Below are positions 25,126 through 36,303 of a DNA stretch of 64,000 nt, one piece after another. The stretch lies in the NCBI GenBank assembly GCA_976551045.1, contig CDPCPM010000029.1:11780001-11844000 (forward strand), given 5' to 3'. Each line of letters starts with the position of its first letter. Position 1 is the first letter of the stretch. Both the position numbers and the translations under genes were made by a program. The notes under the pieces were generated by a model. It was not told the DNA's origin and searched no databases. It saw nothing but the letters and a program-made list of their open reading frames with translations. This stretch comes from Glaucostegus cemiculus (taxonomy: Eukaryota).

Positions 25126-26557
25126 CAGAATCAGAATCAGTTTTATTGTCACAACCATATACATACATAGTATGCATAGGAGCGAGATACCGTCCTCCTC
25201 AGGTGCTCGTCCCATAAAATAACATAACAACCAACAGAGACACACATACACACTTGGCAGAATAAACATTACAACATTAGACATTAAAAGCTACGGAAGT
25301 TAAAATTAAATTATTACGCAGATTAAATTAAAAATGGCCGGTGAATAAATAAATAGTTATTAAAGTGAACGGGCTGGTGTCGGGCATTTAAAGTGCTGGT
25401 GCATTTCTGTGCACCTAGCATCTCTTAGTGTTGACAAAGGAAGATGGAGGGATGAGAGAGTTTGCAGTTCTGATGGCTTGCGGAAAGAAGCTATTGTTCA
25501 GCCTGGTCGTTCTTGCCCTGATACATTTAAGCCTCCTCCCTGATGGCAAAATTGTGAAGAGGTGGTGGGAGGGGTGAGAAGGGTTGGCCATTATGCTTTT
25601 GGTCTTCCTCACACAACGGTCCTTGTATATGTCTGCGAGGGAAGGAAGCGAGACACCTATGATCCACTCCGCAGCCCTAACTATCTTCTGGAGGGACTTC
25701 CGCCCAGCAGCTGAGCAGCTTCCAAACCAAACAGTGATACATTGAGTTAGGATGCTCTCAATGGTCCCCCTGTAGAAGGTTTTCATGACGGAGGGATGGG
25801 GGTACGCTTTCCTCAGTCTCCGCAGGAAGTAGAGGCGTTTCTGAGCTTTCTTCGTGAGGGCCGTAATGTTGGTGGACCGGGTCAGGTCGTCGGTGATGTG
25901 CTCCCCCAGGAACTTGGTGCTGCGTACTTGTTCCACAGCAGACCCGTTGATGGTCAGCGGGGTGTGCAGACGGTGACCCCTCCTAAAATCCACTATCATC
26001 TCCTTGGTTTTATCCACATTCAAGGAGAGGTTGTTGTCATGGCACCACACGGCTAGTTGTTTCACCTCCTCTCTGTAGTCCGACTCATCGTCATTCGTGA
26101 CAAGACCCACCACTGTGGTGTCATCGGCAAATTTAACAATGCGGTTGGAGCTGGATCTGGCCTCACAGTCGTGAGTCAACAAGGTGAACAGGAGCGGACT
26201 GAACACACAACCCTGTGGGGAGCCAGTGCTCAGTGTGATGGTGCTTGAGGTGTTTTCACCAATTTTGACTGACTGCGGCCTGCAAGTTAGAAAATCCAGT
26301 ATCCAGTTGCAGAGAGGAGAGTTAGTGCCCAGAGCGCTCAACTTCCTGATAAGCTGTTGCGGGATGATGGTATTGAAAGCGGAGCTGAAGTCGATGAATA
26401 GCAGTCAGCAGTATGAGTCCTCCTTCTCTAAGTGATATAGTGCAGAGTGCATGGCAGAGGAGACTGCATCATCGGTGGACCTGTTTGCCCGATAAGCATA
26501 CTGATGAGGATCCAAGGATGGGGGGAGGGTGGCTCTAATGTGCTTCATAACTAGCCT
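25126..26557 (-). mobile_element. Rex1/Babar LINE, 5'-truncated, with RT domain and 3' UTR; young
   Basis: RT motifs [52 protein letters not shown] and [15 protein letters not shown]. (TTCTGA)n tail. TGTGTT(T) duplication at 25119 and 26558. One in-frame TGA at 26405-26407. Confidence 0.93.
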
Positions 26558-27889
26558 TGTGTTTGACCTGCAATAGAGGCTAAATCCAGAACTTTGTCTC
26601 AATGACTAGAGTGATTTAATTTTTTGCACTTGTATGGTAAGGCCTCACTATAACTAACAAATATTAAATCAGAAATGAAGCCTCTATGACTTGTTATTTG
26701 AGACTGCATTCAACCTCAAGACTTGGCATTTCACACCCTAGTTAGAGATTCCAACCTTTTTTTGTTTCCTCTTTATGTCAAGAATACCTAACGTATCTGA
26801 TTTTGTTACTTTCCTCATCTCAGCTGATACATTTGACTTGTTACATGGGTCAAGGTTAACTTACATGAGACTGTTTATACAGAGATAGTCTATTCCTGCT
26901 GTGAACAATGTTGCCCAGATAAACTTTATTGGAATTTGATATGTGGCTTGCCAAAATTTTTGTGCATCATGTGCATGCTTGTGGTTAGTTCTTATAAGAT
27001 TAAGGAAAGGCACTCAAAGAAATTGCCTCCCTGTGCTGTCTTGAGACTTTACAATGTGCAAGACAGCTCAAGGTGTCACAAAAGATTCAGGAAGTGTTCT
27101 AAAGAGGATATATTTTTAAGAAAAGTCAGTCTTGTTTGCTTTTGCTCTGACAGAATGCTGAGTCAGTTTTCCTTTGCTTCAGTTACTAATTGCTCCAGCC
27201 TTTCAACTCCTGCACTTGAAGCAGTTGCAGTGTTTCCAGGTTCAGTTGTCTTCTGTGTTGTGGCTGAAAATCAGGAAGGAATATTGTCTCGTACGTGGTA
27301 CTCATTAAAAGCAGGGCAAACGAGTTCTGCACAGTGACGTAAAAAAGACAGTTCTAGACCAGCAAGATCATTCCCACTGCCCACTCAAGCTTGTCTGCAC
27401 TGCCCTAATGAGAAATTACAGTCAACAAATCTGATTGCTGCTGGCAACAAAAATCAAGATCCACTGAATCTGAGGTGTACCTGGCAAAGCTGAGTGACCA
27501 GTTTTGATGAATGCTCTTCTGCTTAGTTGTTAGTCTCGAATTGAGACAAGAAGATAGCTGACACATCTTCAAAATTAACTTCTACATCACTGAAGCACTG
27601 ATGGCGGAATTCCTTTAAGGCAGGAATTGCCCAACCTTCCCAGTATCCCTTCATTATAGAATCAGGCCCTTCAACCTAACTGGTCCACATCAACCAAGAT
27701 TCCCATCTAATCTAGTCAGTCCCATTTTCCCATGTGTAGCTCATTATCCCTCTAAACCTTTGGTAGTCATGTACCTAACCAAGTACCTTCTAACTGTTGA
27801 TAAAGGACCTGCCTCAACTACTTCCTCTGGCAGCTCATTCCATGTAAAATTATTTTTTTAATTTTATTATATTTATCATTGTTATCATA

Positions 27890-28110
27890 TAATTTTCTTT
27901 TTTGTTCTTTGTTTGCCTCATCTATCATCCACCTGCCACTGAGTCCCAACTCCATGCCCCCCCCCCCTTCCTCTACCTGGTGCAACCTGCCTGTTATCTT
28001 TCACCCTTCCACAGTCTACCAATCACCTCAGGCTCCTGTCTCACTCCCCCTCTCCTCCTCTTTACACTGGCTATCTCCCCTCTCGGTCCTGATGCAAGGT
28101 TTTGATGCAT
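27890..28110 (+). mobile_element. Second Penelope-like subfamily remnant ending at a CTGATGCA motif
   Basis: Pyrimidine-rich body like 1-120, ending ggtcctgatgcaaggttttga. Related to 33825-33921 and 62670-62840. Confidence 0.5.
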
Positions 28111-30039
28111 GAAGTGACATAAATCTGGTATCTACCATGGAAAATCAAGCTCTCTTCATCTGAGTAATTGCATCAGTCTCATTCAGTCATGTACTTGAAC
28201 ACAATTGAATACAATCCTAGTTAACAATGTTTTATTAGAACCTTTTAAAACCAGAGGAATACATGTTTATGTTTTCATAATATTAAAGTCTGAAAAGTCT
28301 GGCATAGACTTCCATTCAATACAGAACACTTGCAAAAAAGAGGTTTTGTTTTGTCCTTGTTTTCTTCTTGGATAGTTCCTCAGGATTGAGGATGACTTGT
28401 TTCCACTCTAGTTTTGTAGGTTTTGGGTGAATGATGGTCAATGTGGAAACTATAGACTCTTCCATAGATGAGCTAAGAGATGCTTGACGGGAGGATAGGA
28501 GGGTATTTTGTGAGGTGGTGCATTCCTTCAGTCGTTTTGTGTGCTCCTGATGCACAGCTTTAGTTCCAAATACCATCAGAATGCTCTTTTGCCATGTTGA
28601 ATGGTCATGAACCAGAGATTCCCACAGCAGCAAGCATTCTCCTTTTGTTTGAGGTATGACTGCAACCATTGGAGTATTTTCCCCCCAATTCCCTTTGGCT
28701 TCATTTTTATAAAGCTCTTTAATTCAGTGCTTGATCAAATGCAGACATCAGTCATTCTTGCCTCTCCATTGGAATTTACTGGAGCCAAGTGCACCTGGCA
28801 AGACCCATGCTGCCCAGAGGTGAGCAGATTATTGATGAACAAGTTCCAATTATTGACTGCCTCAGACACGATGGGCTGATTGGTGTCCTGCATTGTAGAT
28901 TTCCTATATTTCTGTTCTAAATTTGAAAATACAGGCTCCTTGGGATGGAATAGGTGGTGATAACTTTTTAGATTGATCTTAAGGATCAAGAGTTGTTAAA
29001 GCAGGGGAAATGGTCTGACCCTTTCAAGGAAATCTAAACTGGGTTTGGCTTAATGTTACAAACCTGCTAGAAAACTCCTTGGACAAGAAAAAGGTGACAA
29101 CATGTGAAATAGGACACTTAAAAGACAATGAATACATTTTTTCAAAAAACGTATTGAACAATCCAGTTGATTCAGAGAGAAGCAATTTTCTCACACATTT
29201 CTAGTTGCCTTGCAATGTCAGCCAACTCTGTTTCTGTTTTCTGTGTGTGTATTGTACTGACACATTTTCTTATGGCTTAAGAACTTCATCACCCACCTAT
29301 TCCCAGCCTATCCCATGCCAACTTTCTTCACCCACTTTACCTCTTCATGGAGCCAATGCAAAATTCACCTGTGGTAAGATTTACAACTTCACCAGTCTAA
29401 AGGACATTGTTTCTCTTACTTGCAAAATAACCGGAATTTACTAACTGTATTTCCCTGGTGCTAGTGGGGTGGGGGGGGGGGGGGGCACCAATGCTCAAAT
29501 GCCATTCTTAGTCTTCACTGAGAACTCCTGTGAACTCGAACTACAATGGCACATGTTTGCCTTTATTAATTTGCTCTTGGAGATTAATGTCATGATTACT
29601 CTTAGCTTCCTAATCTCTAATCATTCAAGTTACTGCTAGTTGCTTTAATGTTGCTTTATCCTGTCTTTTTAGATTAAAGTTTGGAAAACAACAAATACAT
29701 GTTTGCAGTTGAAGGTATCCTTTATGTCTCTGAGTAATTGTTTAGAAGTAAAACTGCTATATATTGTCATCAAGAAACAAAGTGCATTCAGAACAACTGT
29801 GCAGGAAATCTATAATAAAATTATCAAATGTATGTACAATGCAAGATGATTTCAGAAATATCAAACAAGGTGATCAAATGCAGTACGTGAAATATAAACG
29901 TATCAGGAAAGTATATATATGGAAGATTTTGGCAGCCTATCAATTGCCATTATTGAGCACCCCACTATAAGTGGCAGTGGTGGCTCATTTATTGAGCACA
30001 ACTCTTGTGGGTGAAAAGTAAAGAGACGTGAGCAGACAC

Positions 30040-30365
30040 TCGAGAGCTGTGCAAAGGAAGTGCTGTTCTGTCAGATGAGATGTTAACTGAATCCTTGGTT
30101 AGGCTCCCAGATGGGTATGGAAGTTTGCATAATGCTACTTTGAAGAGTAGGAGAGTTATTACCCTAGCAAATATTTATCACCCACTCAACAATACTAAAA
30201 GAGATGATCTGGCTGTAATCAAATTACCGTGTATGGACATATGCTGTGGTGCAAATTGTCTGTAGTGTTTCCTATGTTTCAACTGTTAGTAGACCAAGAT
30301 TTTTATTGTCTGTCAGGTATTTTGAATTGAATGTGGAAGGTGTTATCCAAGTGCAAATCTTACTG
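30040..30365 (+). mobile_element. DeuSINE-like ancient SINE (related copies about 31705-31870 and 18960-19210)
   Basis: gatgagatgttaactga...ctactttgaagagtaggagagt...aatatttatcaccc...aaca resembles the Deu domain as recalled, and recurs within the window. Confidence 0.55.
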
Positions 30366-30904
30366 AATAGTTTAACAAAAAGAAGCTAACTTTGGTTTAT
30401 TTTTCTTTATCCTTCGTCTCTCTACTTTGTAAAGATTTCCCATTGTCACCTTGCAATGTGAGTGTCACAGCTGTTACTGCACTTTGGGTTGGGGTTTCCA
30501 CATTATCTGTACTACTTGAATGATGCTGAAATGGTACATGAGGGAGAGAGGCACTCTACAAAATGACAAAAATTATTTGTGCGGTGGAAAATGAAATTTT
30601 ATCTGAAAAAGGGTGAATTTACTTCATGGAAATTTATTATGTAACCTGTTCCTTTTTTAGACAACTGAACATTTTCACTGGAGTAACTGAATCAGCTTTA
30701 CCACAGAAACATATGGCACAGAAAAGATGTTATTCATGTCCAAGCTGACCAAACTAGAGCTACTCAGAGTGGTCTCACTTTCCAGCTCTTGGTTCTTACC
30801 TTGGAGATGATGGTTTATCAGGTGCTCGTCCCAGTACTTTTCAAATTAGTGATGGACCTTCATCACCCTATCAGACAAGCGAGTTCCAGCATCACCCCCC
30901 CCCG

Positions 30905-31475
30905 CCCCCAAGCCCAACACATTGACGCAATCATAAAGAAGGCACTCCAGCGGTTCTACTTCATTATGAATTTGAGATTTGGTATGTCATCAAAGACTCC
31001 TACAAATTTCTATAGATGTAGGTTAGAGAGCAATTCTGACTAGTTGCATCACAGCCTAGTATGGAGGTTCCAATGCACAGGACAGAAAAGGCTGCAGAGG
31101 GTTGTAGATTCAGCCAACTCCATCACGGGCACAACCCTTCCCACCACCGAGGACATCTTGAAGAGGTAGTGCCTCAAGAAGGCAGCATCCATCACTAAGG
31201 ACCCTCACCATCTGTGACCTACTCTCTTCTCGTTACTACCATTGGGGAGGAGGCACAGGAGCAGGAAGGCCCAAACTCAATGATTCAGGAGCAGCTTCTT
31301 CCCCTCCACCATCAGATTTCTGAATGCTCCATGAACGCATGAACACTACCTCGTTATTCCTTTTCTATGCACTATTTATTTACTTTTTATAGATTTTTAT
31401 GTCTTGCACTGTACTGCTGCTGCAAAACAACAAATTTCATGACATACAACTCAGTGATAATAACTCTGATTCTGT
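30905..31475 (+). mobile_element. Rex1/Babar LINE 3' end, second and older family
   Basis: Remnant HIDAIIKKALQRFYF...NFYRC.LES, ccattggggaggagg (LPSGRR-like), and tail gataataactctgattctg. Confidence 0.82.
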
Positions 31476-33824
31476 TATTTAGGTGAGAAACATTTTCTTC
31501 TGCTCCCATCTAATCTTTCTACAAACTAAATATATACCCCCCATTCCATAGAATGGACTGACCCAGAGGAGGCCAATCTGTGGTCCTGAAAGGAGGGATC
31601 CATGTTATTCCATTCACTTCTTTCTACTTTTTACCCATTTATCCAATTCCCTCTAGAAAGTTGTTACTGCATCTGCTTCCACTGTACTTTCAGGCAGTGC
31701 ATTCGGACATGGATGGGATGAGATGTTGACTGAGTCCTTGGTTTGTCTCTCAGGTGGATACGGAAGTTCCCATCGTGCTACTTTGAGGAGTAGGGGACTT
31801 ATTTTCAGTACCCTGGCCAATATTTATCACCCGCTTAACATTACTAAAACAGGTAACTTGTCATGATGTCATAGAATTGACAGCCTTGGCCCTATAGAAT
31901 TTTGCAGACTTAAATCTGCCTTCAATTTCCTTTGTTCCAAACAAGTTAACACAAGTCTCTCCTTGTAATTATAAATTTCTAACCTTGACAACATCCTTGT
32001 ATGTATCTCTTTCAGTGTTATCACACAAACTGTGGTAACCAGAGGTGAGAAAAGTATTCTAGATGTGGCCTAACTGGTGTTTTGAACCATTCTATTATTC
32101 TTTCCTGCTGTGCAGAAGTGAAAAACAGTTTTGTATTGTTCAGTGTTTTTAAGTCTGGGATCACTGAAAGGGTAGTCATCTCTGCTGAGGAAATGAGAGC
32201 TGGTATTACTCCAAAACTCCTCAGTAAATCCTCCAAACCTGGTGCATGATTTCTACAATTGTTTTATTGGTGCCAAAGTAAAAGACCTCTTCCATTGTTG
32301 GTTTATAACGCAATCCTTGTTTCCTTGACTGCGGCATTTATCATGTGCCTGCTGGAGAAAAAGTAAAAATGCTTCGCCTGTATATGTGTACCTCAAGGAG
32401 AGTAATGGGCCACACTTGAGAAAAATATGTTGTTGGTTTCTGTGTGCAACACTTAAAATCATTGTTGGAAAAATAGACTTGCTGGTGTCAAATGAAGCCT
32501 TACGGGCCGAGAAGGTTCCAAGTTTGATCTGTTGCCTATGGTCAGTTGGCTGATTCCAGTTTGAGTGATGGGAGGGAGTTTGCAATTTGTTTCTAAGGTC
32601 ACTGAGGAGAAATAGAACTGTAAAAGTCTGTATATCCTATACTTTCAAGTGACTTCTGCCATTTGTATGTGTTTATATGGACATTCATATTGAAAGATTA
32701 CTAGTGCCGATCTGGTGCATCTTTATCCTTCTGGTTTGCTTCTCAGTCTCTTCTGCATGAGTGTTCCAAAAGATTTGGGGAGGCTTTTGTTACCCTGGAA
32801 AACTAAACCAGGAAGGATCATAGATTTTGAGGAGAGACCCGTTTTTTGCTCTCACAAGTAAACCATTGTGCAATTCAGATGGTTAGCTTAGATTGATTTC
32901 CAGCCTTGCAGTTTAAGACCAGAACCTTTCGAAACCTTGAGAACTGATAAGAGATTAAATGGAATTATCCCTTCTTCAGTGGAAATTGTATTTGGTCTTC
33001 AGTTAGCCTTTTGTTCACCCTTTTCACTTCCTTCCTGATATGAATGTGCAGTGGTTTGATTTGACAGACCACAGTCAAACTGAAACTGATGTGCCATTGC
33101 AGAACCTGGCATCATCTGCAGTGGTCCCATCCCCAAAATGCTGTATTCCAGGAAAGGGAAGCAGATTAAGCCCCGGGTTTCATTTTAAATTATTTATTTG
33201 TGAGATGTAGACTTCAGTCTTGGTGCTGACATTTACTGTCTGCCCCTAAGTGTGTCTGAACTGAGAAGGCAGTTGAGAGTTAACCAAAAGCTTTGATTAA
33301 TCTGGACTCTACAACAAGTCGAGATTGGGTAAGGGTGGCAGGTTCCCCTCCCTGCAGGGTGTTGGTAAACCAGTTGAATTTTTATGGAAGTCTGGTAGTT
33401 TCATGGTCACCACAACTGATACTGATTTTTTTTCATTCTGGATTTCTAAATTACCCAGTTCCTGTTGGACTTTTCCAGGTCAACAGTGTGATCTTCTGGA
33501 AAGAAGCTCAGTAACTTAAGTCATTATGATGTCATGTCCTTGCTGTGCTGTACCATCTTTTGATGGTAGAGTACTTTTAAAGTATCAAAGTGTGGTATTA
33601 TGTCCTCCATTTCCCTCAGGTCAGGCCTCCGTTAGTCTGCTGTCTGGTACCATGTAAACCGGTAAAGGCTGTTCCATGATATGTTGCCAGTGACAAAGCT
33701 GGACTATCCTGGTGAGGTGTTTGTATGGATACCCGGCAGACCAGAAAGCTAATCAGTCAAAGGATAGACAAGCTTCTTAAGATCCAACAGCATTCGTATC
33801 TAGGGAGAAGATGACTGTCCCCAG

Positions 33825-33921
33825 GTGCAACAAACAATCTGCTGGAGGAACTTCACAGGCCGAGCAGCATCTGTGGTAAAGGAATTGTCGACGTTTCGGG
33901 TTGAAACCCTGCATCAGGACT
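33825..33921 (-). mobile_element. Penelope-like remnant with variant hammerhead (33887-33921)
   Basis: The minus strand reads AGTC-CTGATGCA-GGG-TTTCAA-CCC-GAAA-CGT-C-GAC. Confidence 0.65.
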
Positions 33922-34139
33922 TGGGCCATAAGGTCCCTGTGCCTAAAGAAATGACCCTGATGCAAAACTAACTTCATAGTGGATCAGTTGAGGCCAGGGG
34001 TCAATGACACTTTCCAAACACTGCATTGATAAAGGAGGTTGTCGCAGCATCTGAGGTGCCCCATTGGCCAATTAGGCCCTGGATGGCTTGACTGGGCTCC
34101 AGATTAACTCTTTAAGCAGGGATTGTTTTCTAAAGTAAT

Positions 34140-34330
34140 ATTGCCTGAAAAGCTGATGGAGGTAGGAACATTTTAAGATGCATCTGGATGAGCACTTGAA
34201 TCGCCAAAGCATAATTGGTTACAGAACAAATGCTGGTAAGTGGGATTACTGTAGATGGGTACTTGCTGGTCAGTGTCCTCCTGGTGGGCTGAAGGGTCTG
34301 TTTCTATGCTGTATGACCTTGACTCTGTAA
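34140..34330 (+). mobile_element. CR1 3' end (other short CR1 tails near 23850-24030 -, 27655-27845 -, 35300-35440 +, 38230-38455 -, 45770-46100 -)
   Basis: gggctgaagggtctgtttctatgctgtatgac tail, recurring on both strands. Confidence 0.7.
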
Positions 34331-35775
34331 CTCTTTCCATTTCACGGTGTGATGCAGCCACTGGATGTTCTGAACTCCTATTTATTTGAGCTGTATTTAG
34401 ACCACTGATAGCAATGTCGCCACTGCCATGTGCAAGGTCTCTTATGCAGTCACTCAGACATGTGCCTGAAACAACAAGCAGCAAAGTGCACTTGCAGCAT
34501 GTGCCCGGCTGATTAAACTCTTCTGCTCCTTGTCCCCATTGAAATTGTTTGCAAATTTATCAAGCACCCAAGCGATCCATTTCAACTCCCCAACACTCCC
34601 CTTCCCCATCGCTAATAAACCTGATCTTGGTATCATTTGTATTTTTAATCTGGTTACAAGTCACGTGAATAATGTACACTTTGATGCATGATCCTAGAGC
34701 CAAATGATACGAAACTAGAGGTTTCCAAAATCTACTGGCAAAGATTATAGTATTTAGTGCGCAAATGGCTGTTGTAATCAACTGATTATATTACTAGACT
34801 AGCAATCAAGAGGTTGTAAATAAAAATTCCAACAAGACAATAGATTTGGTAATTTGGGCCTTAATACTGGGGCTGGTGAGGTGGTTGGTTGGGTGAGGGG
34901 AAGGTCACATCATCACTTAAATTTCATACCATTTTATAATGAACCGTCTCTGTTCACTCACCACGAATACTGATGAACATGTAAAACAATCCAACAAATC
35001 CAGAAATTCCAAATCAATCCATTTGAATCCTGCGCCATGACGTGATTGCCTCGTGTTGCACTAATTTTAAAAAAACAAACAAATGGAAAGTGGGAAGGAT
35101 AAATAGTTGGCGAAGGAGCAGATGGAAATCTTGAAAGAGATCCAGAAGCCTAAAGAAATGATAAACCTCACTGGATCCAAGGGATGCTGCCAGTACAATT
35201 AGCATTTTCATGGAGAAGTTTGTTTGAGATATCCAGCTGGAAAAACTGATGTAGTTGGAAGCTGCTTTGAGAAAATACAGTTAGTTTAATCTGGATAAAG
35301 TGAGTGGAATTGAAATCAAATTTAGAACGGGCAGGGGATGAAGGGATATGGACCATGTGCAAACATATGGGATTTGGCATCATGGTTGGCACAGCCATTG
35401 TGGGCTGAAGGGTCTGCCCCTGTGCTGTACTGTTCTATGTCCCATGTAGAAAAGTGGTGAGTTTGATCAATAGGTATATTTGTGGGCTGATATTTGAGAG
35501 AACTTGCAGTGTCTGAGCTTATTCTGATGAAGGTTGAAATCTTGAAGGAACTCCACAATAAAGAGGCAATAATTGGGCTGGGTGAAACTGAAATTGTGAA
35601 AGTAATGAAAAGCTGTAGAAGAGGTTCATGCTGGAAGAATACTTAATACCAGTGTGTGCACGATTTCCAGTCCCATGTCATTGGATGATCTGGGTCTTGC
35701 TGTGGTAACTTGGGAGGGTCTTAGGTTGTTTTACAAATGGTGATTTTTTGAATCCTTCTCCCTTATTTCCTCCAG

Positions 35776-36303
35776 GTCCCTGAGATCATCAATACCATCC
35801 GTCAAGCTGGGAAGACTGCCTATCAGGAAGAGGTCCAAATCCGCATACATGATGATGATTCATTTGCTCAGAAGTATGAAGTCCTCTTTGTTGGGAAGGT
35901 AACGGTGGCCCATAAGAAAGCTCCTCCAGCACTGATTGATGAATGTATTGATAAATTCAACCATCTCCTAGAACACGATGACGAGGAAAGGAAAAGAGCA
36001 GCCACAGAGAAAAGGTTGGAGAGACCGCGGACAGAGAGCTCGTCGTTGTTACGTTCCAAGCTGTCAATACCATTGTCGCAGAAGAGAAACAAATCTGCTC
36101 CTTGGCTGTCTGTTCAACATGAACCTCCAGTTACACCACCACAGAGTACTTTGGAGAAATGTAAATCGCTGGACGTGAGCAGCGCTTTGAACTCTGATGG
36201 AGCAGGGAGTGGTGACTCAGTTGAAGCCTTGAAACGTGCAGCCAGTATGCCCAATTTTGTGCAGCCAACAAACATGAAGGCAAATAGGACAATGCTGTTC
36301 ACG
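35776..36303 (+). CDS. TBC1D1: TBC1D1 internal coding exon, 528 nt, phase 0-0 (end of first PTB domain, start of second PTB region, phospho-linker)
   Basis: Acceptor ttatttcctccag|GTC and donor ACG|gtaatg. Translates VPEIINTIRQAGKTAYQEE...FAQKYEVLFVGKVTVAHKKAPPALIDECIDKFNH...VQPTNMKANRTMLFT, matching recalled mammalian TBC1D1 VPEIISSIRQAGKIARQEE...VTVAHKKAPPALIDECIEKFNH...NRTMLFT. Confidence 0.96.

Noticed and set aside
25415-26341. 308-aa RT ORF as a host gene or a retron/group II intron RT
   Set aside because: It has Rex1/Babar motifs, a microsatellite tail, 5' truncation and a TSD, so it is an ordinary dead LINE copy.
28370-28900. Possible RTE-type LINE remnants (also about 60780-61170)
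   Set aside because: They look repeat-derived but are too decayed to classify without a library search.
29466-29485. G homopolymer runs (also 43123-43140) as functional G-quadruplexes
   Set aside because: These are simple homopolymers, common and of unreliable length, with no context suggesting function.
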